Assembly: GCA_965178125.1 (NCBI GenBank)
Contig: OZ237742.1
Location: forward strand, 1,364,001 to 1,411,617
Length of the DNA stretch: 47,617 nucleotides
Direction: 5' to 3'
DNA from: Bilabrum cf. latius
Taxonomy: Eukaryota
Each line of letters begins with the position of its first letter. Positions within the stretch are counted from its first letter, which is position 1. The translations under genes and the position numbers were made by a program. The notes under the pieces are model-generated. The model was not told where the DNA came from, ran no database searches, and saw only the letters and a list, made by a program, of their open reading frames with translations. Shown piece by piece: positions 32,946-44,816 of this stretch.

Positions 32946-34260
32946 GGCCTGCGCGAAGAAGAAGTGCGGCAGATAGCGCAAGATAGGTTGTGGCTGCGGT
33001 GGGAGGGCGGCACCACATGCAGCTGCCGTGCGCAGACACAGCACTGGACCAACCATTCGATATGGCACCAAGGGGTCCATTCCAATCAGGAAACATGCCA
33101 CTATTCGATGCAACATAGGTTGCAACCGGGCATCTCAAGTTGCAACCGATCGTGTCACACAAGCAAACCAGATTTGCAGTAGCGTGCACTTTCCAGCCAC
33201 CACCAATTGCAGTTGGGAGGGATGCCCTCATTTCAGCTCGGACAAAGGCCACAGTGAGACAACCAGGCATTCGTGTGTACTTAAATAGTAATATTGCATA
33301 CATCTGACAAGGTCGGAAGTCACAAAGCTCGAGCATTGCAACGATCATACGGTCATGTCAGCCGGCGCACCTCGCTCCCAGACAAATCACCAAATTGCGC
33401 CCCGCAGGAAAAGAAAATCGCCGCGGCGCGCGTTGCAAACAAAACGTGAGACAACAATGCAACTATAGACGCGCGGCTGCATGGCAGTTTGCGCGCAGGA
33501 TAGTGCGCGCACAGGGCGAATCCATTCCAGCTGTCCGGCGCACCCAGCACGTTGGGCCAATTTTTGCCATGTTCCCGCGGACAATTTTCAATCGCAGGCT
33601 CCCAAAGTCTATTTTAGACATCATTGAATACAACTGTTCGCTATAATTCTCACGTGAGTTCTTTTTTGTGGGTTTGAAAAATGAGCGTCTCGCGTCCGAC
33701 AGCGGGCCGGCTGCGTGGCCGTCCGGAGCCGTTTTGCGGGGGAGGGGTGTGATGAGTGCACCGTGCGCCGTGCCCCGGTTGGATGGCATGCCTAACTGAA
33801 GCTCATTGGAGTACTATTACCCCTGTGCCATGGTTCCCCGGCCCTGGACCAGGCCTCGTGCACCCAAATTCCGGCCGCCCGGCACCAGCCCTCCAGACGG
33901 GGGTGCGCGCGGCCCCGGGAGGCGACGGGGGCGGGTGCCCGACCATGCAATGTGTTCTTGTGGCCCTTGGGGGCTAAGGCAGCCGCCCCTTGTTCCCTGA
34001 TGATGTGTGTCTGGCTTGCTGCACCGGTGTGGAGGTGCTCGCCGGGTGGGCCCCGCGCTGCGGGGCCTTCCCAGGCTCCTATCCTACAGTGTGCTGCAGG
34101 GTGCACTGCAGGGTGCTGTTAGTGTCTGCTGCATGTATTGTCGCATGTCTGCTACGTTGCTAGTGCCGCGGGAGCGTTCTCGACCCGTCCCGCCAAGCTC
34201 CCCCACTGCCCCCCACTGCCGCCCAACGCACCATCCGCATGTATGGAGTGCTGCGTTCTG

Positions 34261-34717
34261 GTAGGGTTAGGGTTAGGGTTAGGGTTAGGGTTAGGGTTAG
34301 GGTTAGGGTTAGGGTTAGGGTTAGGGTTAGGGTTAGGGTTAGGGTTAGGGTTAGGGTTAGGGTTAGGGTTAGGGTTAGGGTTAGGGTTAGGGTTAGGGTT
34401 AGGGTTAGGGTTAGGGTTAGGGTTAGGGTTAGGGTTAGGGTTAGGGTTAGGGTTAGGGTTAGGGTTAGGGTTAGGGTTAGGGTTAGGGTTAGGGTTAGGG
34501 TTAGGGTTAGGGTTAGGGTTAGGGTTAGGATTAGGGTTAGGGTTAGGGTTAGGGTTAGGGTTAGGGTTAGGGTTAGGGTTAGGGTTAGGGTTAGGGTTAG
34601 GGTTAGGGTTAGGGTTAGGGTTAGGGTTAGGGTTAGGGTTAGGGTTAGGGTTAGGGTTAGGGTTAGGGTTAGGGTTAGGGTTAGGGTTAGGGTTAGGGTT
34701 AGGGTTAGGGTTAGGGT
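34261..34717 (+). repeat. (TTAGGG)n array T4, ~76 units
   Basis: Perfect except one TTAGGA at ~34525-34530. Confidence 0.99.
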
Positions 34718-35454
34718 ATCTATTATAAAGTCAGGGACAGGGTCGGGGAAAAAATATTTTCATCTTCACTTTTTGTCAAAAATATGCAACATAGGATCTC
34801 GGCAACCACAGGAGATATGAAGACCGTTGAAACTGCATTGGGACGGCCTAGGTGCACAACATTGGCCAAATGTTCCCCAGGTTCCGTTTCTGCCGCGCGG
34901 CGCCAATATGGGCCAATGAAGATTTGCATGCTGAAAATATGCAACATAGGATCTCGGCAACCACAGGAGATATGAAGACCGTTGAAACTGCATTGGGACG
35001 GCCTAGGTGCACAACATTGGCCAAATGTTCTCCAGGTTCCGTTTCTGCCGCGCGGCACCAATATGGGCCAATGAAGATTTGCATGCTGAAAATATGCAAC
35101 ATAGGATCTCGGCAACCACAGGAGATATGAAGACCGTTGAAACTGCATTGGGACGGCCTAGGTCCATACCATTGGCCAAATGTTCCCCAGGTTCCGTTTC
35201 TGCCGCGCGGCGCCAATATGGGCCAATGAAGATTTGCATGCTGAAAATATGCAACATAGGATCTCGGCAACCACAGGAGATATGAAGACCGTTGAAACTG
35301 CATTGGGACGGCCTAGGTGCACAACATTGGCCAAATGTTCCCCAGGTTCCGTTTCTGCCGCGCGGCGCCAATATGGGCCAATGAAGATTTGCATGCTGAA
35401 AATATGCAACATAGGATCTCGGCAACCACAGGAGATATGAAGACCGTTGAAACT
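34718..35454. repeat. Cassette C: short unique head plus 155-bp satellite, ~4.4 copies
   Basis: The anchor aatatgcaacatagg occurs at 34781, 34936, 35091, 35246 and 35401. The last unit is truncated into TTAGGG. Confidence 0.93.
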
Positions 35455-36072
35455 GGGTTAGGGTTAGGGTTAGGGTTAGGGTTAGGGTTAGGGTTAGGGT
35501 TAGGGTTAGGGTTAGGGTTAGGGTTAGGGTTAGGGTTAGGGTTAGGGTTAGGGTTAGGGTTAGGGTTAGGGTTAGGGTTAGGGTTAGGGTTAGGGTTAGG
35601 GTTAGGGTTAGGGTTAGGGTTAGGGTTAGGGTTAGGGTTAGGGTTAGGGTTAGGGTTAGGGTTAGGGTTAGGGTTAGGGTTAGGGTTAGGGTTAGGGTTA
35701 GGGTTAGGGTTAGGGTTAGGGTTAGGGTTAGGGTTAGGGTTAGGGTTAGGGTTAGGGTTAGGGTTAGGGTTAGGGTTAGGGTTAGGGTTAGGGTTAGGGT
35801 TAGGGTTAGGGTTAGGGTTAGGGTTAGGGTTAGGGTTAGGGTTAGGGTTAGGGTTAGGGTTAGGGTTAGGGTTAGGGTTAGGGTTAGGGTTAGGGTTAGG
35901 GTTAGGGTTAGGGTTAGGGTTAGGGTTAGGGTTAGGGTTAGGGTTAGGGTTAGGGTTAGGGTTAGGGTTAGGGTTAGGGTTAGGGTTAGGGTTAGGGTTA
36001 GGGTTAGGGGTAGGGGTTAGGGTTAGGGTTAGGGTTAGGGTTAGGGTTAGGGTTAGGGTTAGGGTTAGGGTT
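35455..36072 (+). repeat. (TTAGGG)n array T5, ~103 units
   Basis: Perfect repeats with a ttaggggtaggggttaggg variant near 36004-36022. Confidence 0.99.
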
Positions 36073-37926
36073 ACAGTACCATCCTAGGCCAGGCCCGGGC
36101 GCCGCGAAAGTATCATGTTCCGCAAAATGTATCATGTTCCGCAAAGACGGTGTTGCCGCGCAGTGTCCAAGTGGTCGCAAGATCGCACTGAGGCAGATCT
36201 GGGCCAGTTGCAGATATGCAAGCAGTCGACAAGAGGTGCAAGTGATTAGCAATGCATATTTGGTGTATGATTATGCTTGTCTGCTTGGTTTGCAATGAAT
36301 CTCGGCCTCGGTCTCCTCGGTGGTGCTGCCCGTGGGTGACGAGCACCCAGGGGGCTGCACGGGATGGACGCCCACCCGGCGAGTCTGGACCAAACCGCGT
36401 CGTGCAAATTGGGTTTGCCAAGGAGGTGTGCCCTGCTGTGTTTCGCCCGCGAGAATAGGGGGTTGTCTCCCCGTCGGGCAGGTGCTCCATCCAGCTCGCC
36501 CGTCCGTGACTGAGACAGCACGGGCCGCGACAAGTGCGCGAGCCCGGGGATCAAGTCAGCGGCCGATGGCAGCGAGCCGGCATGAAGCGCGTGCACGAGA
36601 AGCTTGCGCTCCCCATGCACTGCCTGCCCCACCTCATTGCGGATCTGGGACATCAGGTTCATCGTGTTGCCACACACACCTCCACACTCGACGATCGGAT
36701 CTACAGAGACACCTGTCCCGGGATGCTGCTCCTCGTCATTGGCCTGCTCCTTCTCGCCCCGGGGGCACGCGCTGCCTCGAAGCACGCACCCGCGCTCCCG
36801 CCCGACTCAAGGACTGAGTGCTGGGAGGGTGCGCGGGCAGCCGCGTGAGAGGATGACGGGCGTGCCGCCGAAGGCCGAGTCCAGGAGCTGGGGACGGGAC
36901 GCATCATTGGGACTGCCCTGAAGAGACCAAAGAATCAACCGCCATCCGTACGGATCCCTATACGGTTGGCCGGTCTGACTCTCTGCTCGCCCACCGCACA
37001 GATCTGCTCAGTTCCATGCAATGTTTGCCAGAAGCGGCGAGAGGGTCTCATCAGCACAGGTGGGTCCTAAAGGCTGCCTGCAATGCATAGAAAAAGAATA
37101 TAACGATTGAAACTAATTAATAGCCCCTCGATGCATGGCAACATACCCGAGTGCTGCCATGAAAACCGGACAACGCACAAGCACGTTAGCAGACCAGCGA
37201 TGATCCCATACAGATGCCAGAACCTAACAGAAACACCAACAATCAATTTGAATGAATACAATAGAATCAAAATACCTGGCGGTTGTTGTACTCGGGCTAT
37301 GCGGTACCTAGCTGTTCTGTCTGCAAACGCCATGGCGCGCCCCAATGAGGCGAGACCAAAAGCAGACCCACAGCAGCATGTCACCTTGAACACACAACGA
37401 TGTATGGCAGTAAATGGTAATTAACATGAATCCCAACAGGCCTCAGTACAGTTGAGCCGGTATGTGGCGCTGAGAGGTGTGGTTGCGCCAGAATCCGCAA
37501 ACGGTCGTGAACAGCGGAACCAGCATGCGCGGCGCCGAGGACGTCCAGCAGGGCAAGCCTGTAGCAGGGTGTGCACCGGTTCACGGTACCGATGCTTGGA
37601 TGTTTGTGGGCTAGGAATCTGTTTTGTAATACACATGATAGGGTTAGCCCTAACCCTTCAGAATCGGATGCATGGTTCATTTACTTCCATGAGAAGGGCT
37701 GACGTCCTGCATGCACTACATTAGCCCAAATACAACACACGCACATGTCGTCTTGAAACAGTGTAATTTGCACCTCTTTATATTACAGTGGATATAACTC
37801 ATGGCGAGAGAGGCCTGTCTGTCTGCAGTGCTGCAATGCAGCTCTTCACTGCTGCACATGCAGCTCGAGGTTCTGCAAGTTATCTGTTCTGCATAGAAAA
37901 TCACAGAACATGACACCTCACTGGCC

Positions 37927-40900
37927 TCATGTCCATTTCTCATCAAACCCCCAGCCTTCTTGCTCAATTGCTGGGATGTGTACCCACCGTGGAGCGGTGC
38001 CAAGAAGAAGGATCTCGATTTCGCCACGTGCCCGTGAAATATCTCGCTGGCCCATACCACGCAATCCAGCGCCGGGCACTGATGGCGCCATGTTCTGGTC
38101 ACCACGAATTCCTCTAGGTCGTGACAGTGCTGAAGTCGGCGGCTGCGTGATGGCGCTGGAGGCTGCTCCCAGCGGCGGCTGCAACTCGGCAAGGCCGTCA
38201 CTACCAGCCTTGTCGGTAGGCATCTGCAGCAATCGACCGATTGGATCATCATCGCTGCCAGCCCCACTGGATGCTGATGCCGAGGCAGGCCTCAATGGTT
38301 CCGATGCCCTGCTGCCGATCGCAGTTCGGTTGAATGCGTTGGCCTCCGTTCGTTCTGCGGGTCTCGAGCTCGCATGCTCGCCGGATTGCCGCATGTGCCT
38401 TGATCGCTTCTATTGCCCTTCTTCCTCATCGCTCTCATGGCCGGGCCAAATATGTCCCAACGAATCTAGGCTATGCTCAAGAGCAGAAGTAGCGGTGGAT
38501 GCCTGTGACAGGATGCTGTCGCCATCGTCAAGAGGACGAGCACGTGTGTACATCCGAAGAACCTAGCTGCAGTGTTGCGATTGAGGTATGTGATACGCAC
38601 GCCAAAGCTCGTGCCTCTGGTCGGCACTCACGCCTGCTTCTCCTGCTTCTGCACGTGCTCGGGCCACCATGGATCGGACATCTCCCACAGCTTTCAAGCT
38701 TTGAGCTAGTGACCTGCGTACCAGCCCCTTGCCTGCTGCCTTGTAGTACGGGGCTTCTGATAGTGCAGGCACTACTGATGGACTACAGGGCAGGTTAATG
38801 CAGAGACCAGCGCCGTAGTAGCCTACATCGATGACACGACGCAGTGACCCATCCTACCTGTTCAGCGCCCCTCTGAAGACTTGAGGACAATCAAAGCCTG
38901 GGTTCATCCACTTGAAATGATCTAGCACGACAGACTCCACGTGCTGGGCAATGGTAACGGCAGGCTGGGCGGTTCTTGGTGGTGGCGAGACGTCGAGCAC
39001 TGTCTAAAGTCCAGATCGTGCAATCGGCGGCTGGCCTCCCCTTGGTCGCTTCGTTCCAGGCAGAGGGGGCCGCTGCAACCGATCGGGCAGCAATACTGCA
39101 GACCCAATCACACACGCAGGTAAAAGCCACACTGATACCATACGACGAAACTGCTCGTCTGCGAGGGATGGCTGTCCGTTCTGCCTGGTGCCTACGACAG
39201 CACGAAGAATTGAAGCGACGTACGAGGTCCGGACAGATGACTCGGCAGCAAGCTTGCGTTGCATGGTCCAGGATAACGTTGTTATCAACGCATAGCCTAG
39301 CTTGGAGGCCCTAGCAGATGTCGTGGTCGCCAAGTCACCCCTGAGATTCCCAGCGTTCTTAGAGCCGCGCCACATTGCGCCTGCATCTGGCCTGGGACTG
39401 AAGGCAATCTTGGATATGCACATCTGCAAGCCAACTAGTATTGCACTCCTTGAGCACCTGAGCCGAGATAGGAGCAGCCCGTACAGTGCTACAGCTAGGC
39501 TGCCCCTTGCTAGCATTCCTTTCCGTGTGCCACTGCGAAGGTGGAGCTTTGCCAGGTGCATTTGCGCAAGGTAAAGCTTCCGTAGCTGCTGCTCCATGAC
39601 TACAGCGTGGGACATGTCTGTAGACTTGGCAAAGTGCAACAATAGCCTGGACCGCTCAGGCAGTCGAGACAAAATGTCAGCCTGCACGTCAGCCCGTACC
39701 ATAGCACGAAAGCCGGTGATTCCGTTGTTCACACCGCTGATGCCCAACTGGAAGTGCTCGTCACCTTGCGTTGATACGAGTCCAGAAAGACCATACCTCT
39801 CGGAGATCCGAGAGATCTGCCATGTCATGCCCAAGCCTTCTGCCAACGCACACAGGCTCCAAGACGTTACCATAACCTCACAGACGGCAAGCACAGTCCA
39901 CGAGTTCAAGAACGTACCGTTGCACCCCCCAGCCCTGACTGACTACACCGCATTTCCGATTTGATCAATGATGGCGGATGCAACCGCCATTACATTAGAC
40001 TGCTCAGGCATACTGCTAGCAGATTGCAAACAGTCACGGACGCTGGACCACTCCAGTGTCGAAGGCCCTAAGTTTCGAAGAACTGGCCTAGTAGCGGGAA
40101 GCCACGTTACGGCAATTTGCTCTGCAACAACCTGAGACCATGCATCTGTCCGTAGAGCCACGCAGCCTTCCATACAGCATCTGCTCATCGATGCAGCTAG
40201 CGCCCACATCGCCGATCGCTGATACGTGGGAATCCTGTCTGCACCACAGACAGCTGCTACGAGCAGTCTTTCGATTCTGCAAAGTGCCCGACGGAGTGTA
40301 TACCTGAGCATTTCCAAGTGATTCATGATGGATGTCTTCTTCACGACCTCCACGAAGCATTGCGAGAATGGAGCCACTGACAAATGCTCGATAGTGTCGG
40401 CGCGATGTTCACTCCGTAACTGTCCGTACTGCAGTTCAGCTGGTAGCACTACGGAGGCCAGCATCAGACTCATGGTTGACGCGGGTACATCGAACTCGCC
40501 CCTGGTCGATCCAAGGATTCCTGCAGTTAGCCTTGCATAGCTTTGAGTGAATGCCGTTTGCAGCCCAAGGTATATCCGCCGGCGGGTTGGCAGTGCATCC
40601 AGAGCTGCCTAGGCTCGAATCATGCTTGCAGTTCTCGAACTCAAAGTCGATGGAGCATGTGCACCCGATTCAGCGAAGTGGCGAACCTTAGAGAGAACTC
40701 GTCGGCGAAACTGGTCATATGCAGAGTCGTGCGCCCCTGGACTAGGCTGAAATGCTCGGAATGCTCCAGGCTGGTACAAATGCAGCTGAGATGACAGCAT
40801 GCAGCCAAGTGACATAAATGAAGGCATGCCGTAGTCGTTGCCAGTGTCATTCTCGGCTAAAACACGTCGGTGCACGGAAAGCACGTCACCCCAGGATAGC

Positions 40901-43900
40901 GTAGCTGGAAGCATTCCTTGGAAGGTTCCGGCGTACTCTCCAACGGACGCCAGCGCCGCATATGGACGAATTCGCTCTTGCATCACGGCATACCGTGCGT
41001 GTTCGAGCCGTGTTCCGTGTATGACTCCTCGCAGCAACTGATCCCGACAGCTATGCATGTACTGAACTGTTGCTGGGTTCGGTACAGCAACTGACACTGA
41101 GCGTTCACCACACACCTCAAAGCCTACGCCAAAACTGCAGTACATGGCCATATCCGCATCCTGTTGCGGCCACAGCTGTCCGTACGGATGAATTATGGCT
41201 GCGAGATCTCTCATACCTCGGCGTTGATGACGTCCAGTCCAAGCAGGTGCTCGCGCCGCGCCGCGGTACAGCTCTTCCCGAGCACTGCGTGTCAGTGTTT
41301 TCCTGCTCACCTTCCTGTTTGTAGCGCCTGACGCCGATCGCTTGCCATCTCCTGTTGGACCAAACCATTCACCTCTGCGGCCTCTGGCAAACTCCTCATC
41401 GCTCTCATCCATTGCGATCTCCCGAGCACGTTCTTCTTCTGCCTGCTGGGCAGCCAAGTCTTCATGAGCTTTGCGAAGCTGTCCCTGTGCTGCCTGTTGC
41501 AAGAGAGACATAGGATTGCATGCTTTGCAGCCCACTCGCTAGGCGTAGAACACGGAGCACCTGGCTATCTGTCTCATCAGCAGTATCATGAGGAAGCAGT
41601 TGTAGTGTGATACTAAGTGCAGATGATCAAGTAAAGAGTCGTGACTCAAAGACCACTCGTAGGAGCTGCTGTGCTATGCTTCATCATCCTCCACGCCACG
41701 TTGCTTAGCGAAGTCGTCGTCCTCATCCACGTCCACGTCGGTGTCGTCTGAATCGCTCTGCGCAGCAGCACCACCGCTTATTCCCACGCCTTCATTCTGC
41801 TGAGCCTCGTCAGAATCAGAGTCAGAGTCACTCAACTAGTCAACGGCTGGGTAGCCAAGCCACCGTACCCAATGAAATGCGCACGAAAGCAACCGGGATG
41901 GGCTTCTGTGCAGGGTGTGAGAGCCAGGCCAGAATCTACTTGTCTGTGGACCAGGTCCACTCCCAGCGTGTGCGAGCGACGAATGGTATCCACCGGCTTG
42001 GCCTCCACCACGTTGGACACGTACCACTAGCTCTGGACCTAGCCAGTCGAGCCTGCTGGCAGCAGCCGTGAGCCCGCAGCCGAAGACGTACAGCACACAG
42101 CTTCGGATTACATCCACATGGGAGCCCTGGGTCCAGAAGCCTTCATGCATACTCATTTCTACAACACCCTCAGTATCAAGCGTTTGCTGCAAGGACTGAG
42201 ACGGAGGTTCGAACGAGTCTATCAGGTCACGGCAAAGATCAAGCAATCCACTAGGTACAAGAATAGATACCGTAGCAGCACCAACATCGAAAAGTTGAAC
42301 GTGGATGTCAGCAGCGAGTCCGCGCAGTATACGAAGCGTTGGCAATTTCGACGATTGATCGTTTGCGTTTTCTGCTTGCGTGCTGACAGCCCTACTCCAC
42401 AAGGTTCCAGAATGCGGCACCACTGAAGCCCACCCTTCCCTTGCAGCCTTGTCGACATCACGATGGAACTATCGGGTGCACTCCTACTCAATTAGTTTGC
42501 TATACTTGGTAACATCAGACAAGGCTCCGGCAGCCAACACCCGGATGCTTGAGCCACCAAGTCCATTCGGACACTTCTGCTGCAGATCGGTCACCTTGGA
42601 TCGTAAGCTATCAATCTGCTCTTGGTCGCAACGACGCTCAGCCCACAGCATCGCAGTTTGCTAGTCTTTGAAAACGTCATCCCCGTCATCAAGGAATGCT
42701 GTCCATGATATGCGCATTGATCCGCCGGCAGGCGGCCGCTGTGCGTGCGGGGCGCGAACTACCACGCCAGTTGAGGGTGATTGAGACAAGCTGGTATACG
42801 ACGGAAGCAGCGAATCTGAGTCATGTACACCTAGAACGCCATCTGTGATCCAGTCCAGCAGTGCATGGTCCGATCCATCAAGCCCCAGTGGGCTTGCCAA
42901 CGTGTGAGGCAGAAAGTGGTTCGAAGTCTCGTCTGCACTGGATCCATTGAGGTCTGCGACAGCTCCAAGAACAGTGAACCCATCTAAATCAAATGCAGAA
43001 TCGCTGTGACAAGACAGCGGTACGTTTCTGGAACCTGGTGCAGACTTGAACGCTCTATATATCGCAGGCTGGTCCGGAATTGTGCTGTCCATTGATCTTC
43101 GCGGAGAGGCCGAGCTTGACAGGCCTCGGCTTGCACTCGGAGTGACGGGCTAGCTGGATGTTCGACTCTCTTTGACAGCGACTTTCTTCCTTGCTGCGGC
43201 ACGAGATCCTTGCCTTCGGACGGCGGGCAATGGAGCGAACCCAAGGCACATGCCTGCCAAGAAGTCCAGGGGGGATGACAGGTGCTGTTGAGGTCCAGAC
43301 TCCGTTTCTGGTTGGGACATCTGATCGAGCGAGCTGCCAGTGGCCTAGCTGGCACCATGAGAACTACTGCTGGGGCTGCTTGCGGCGCCTGACGACTGTC
43401 GACGGCGGCTTGGCGAGCTGCCAGTGGCCTAGCTGGCACCACGAGAACTACTGCTGGGGCTGCTTGCGGCGCCTGACGACTGTCGACGGCGGCTTGGCGA
43501 GCTGCCAGTGGCCTAGCTGGCACCACGAGAACTACTGCTGTGGCTGCTTGCGGCGCCTGACGACTGTCGACGGCGGCTTGGCGAGCTGCCAGTGGCCTAG
43601 CTGGCACCACGAGAACTACTGCTGGGGCTGCTTGCGGCGCCTGACGACTGTCGACGGCGGCTTGGCGAGCTGCCAGTGGCCTAGCTGGCACCACGAGAAC
43701 TACTGCTGGGGCTGCTTGCGGCGCCTGACGACTGTCGACGGCGGCTTGGCGAGCTGCCAGTGGCCTAGCTGGCACCACGAGAACTACTGCTGTGGCTGCT
43801 TGCGGCGCCTGACGACTGTCGACGGCGGCTTGGCGAGCTGCCAGTGGCCTAGCTGGCACCACGAGAACTACTGCTGGGGCTGCTTGCGCCTCGTGACGAT

Positions 43901-44605
43901 CGTGCACGAGTAGCCGTTTCAGGAAGATCGAATCCCCGCATCTCACTGTGTGCTCCTGACATCTCTGCTCGGGCAGCGAGAGCAGCTTGGGCAGGCAGAT
44001 ATCCAGTTGGCGCGTACTAGCAGCAATCAACCAGCGATACGTATGTATGCAGATCTGACTCCTTGATCAAGTCGTCAATTAATTGTTTGTGAAATATTTC
44101 TGCATCAGCGCTGGGTGTATCGTAGACCGTGAGAAGATCGGCCAGCATGCCATTTTCGATGACATCGCTTGAGACTCCAAGTTCTCGAAGGCACTCCTAA
44201 ATTTCTTCGACTTCGATGCCATCCATCTGCGATATAATAAACTGAAGTTCAATATACTGCGGTTGCTGCTGAGATGTACTCCTATTATCCCAACTGTAGC
44301 TCTGCCTTACTTCAGCTGGCGGATTCGGCTGCTGGGGATCGAAAGTGCGGATCATCTCTAATTTTTCTTCGGATATCTGCGTAACAATGCAACATAAGTA
44401 TGTATTGAGCTGTCTGCGGCGGATAGCAAATCAATACTGCCCATATACTCCACATAGAACTCACTGGAACGTGCTACCAAAACAGAGCTCGACGATTCAT
44501 TGCTCGCTGCAATCTTTTGAGTACTTTGTGCATAGATTGCATCTAGCGTGTATCATCTAAGACTTTACATGCATCGTCAATGGAACACAAGGTTTCGTCA
44601 GACAT
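37927..44605 (-). CDS. Giant hypothetical protein (~2,170 aa) visible only with UAG read as sense; predicted exons 44605-44465, 44376-44311, 44226-37927
   Basis: ORFs 42661..43092, 41836..42423, 40609..41535, 39943..40473, 39004..39909, 38563..38772 and 37927..38394 all share one frame. Scanning the gaps found only TAG (~22 in 6.3 kb) and no TAA/TGA until 37929-37927. The 5' exons are joined by GTGAG..CAG and GTAAG..CAG introns. No known domain recognised; further 3' exons are not excluded. Confidence 0.8.
43329..43887. repeat. 84-bp coding tandem repeat, ~6.7 copies
   Basis: gcgagctgccagtgg starts at 43329, 43413, 43497, 43581, 43665, 43749 and 43833. It encodes GAS*ATGSSPSRRRQSSGAASS(P/H)SSSSR in the giant ORF frame, with one TAG per unit. 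Confidence 0.95.
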
Positions 44606-44816
44606 CTTTAGGCCGGTTCTGGCGCAAGCAATACTCAACGGAATATTGTGCGCGTCCCCCTCGTGGGGGGCGAGTGCCACCAGTGGGGGGTGCGTGCGGC
44701 GCCGCGCTCGACGGCGGAACACAGTATCTCAAACTGCAAGTGGTCTCGAACATCAAGATTTTTTTGTTTGCTTGCTGGCATTTTGTTTCTCTTCTGCCAG
44801 GCAGTGTGAAAAATAT

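Larger units (their letters stand above)
29690..34260. other. Telomere-embedded cassette B (4.57 kb): ~315-bp satellite plus one minus-strand gene
   Basis: Bounded by TTAGGG arrays on both sides; I see no similarity to A or D. Confidence 0.75.

Noticed and set aside
42984-44030. 348-aa minus-strand ORF and 240-aa plus-strand ORF over the 84-bp repeat
   Set aside because: Both are alternative frames kept open by the repeat; the frame continuous with the 6.3-kb gene is a different one.
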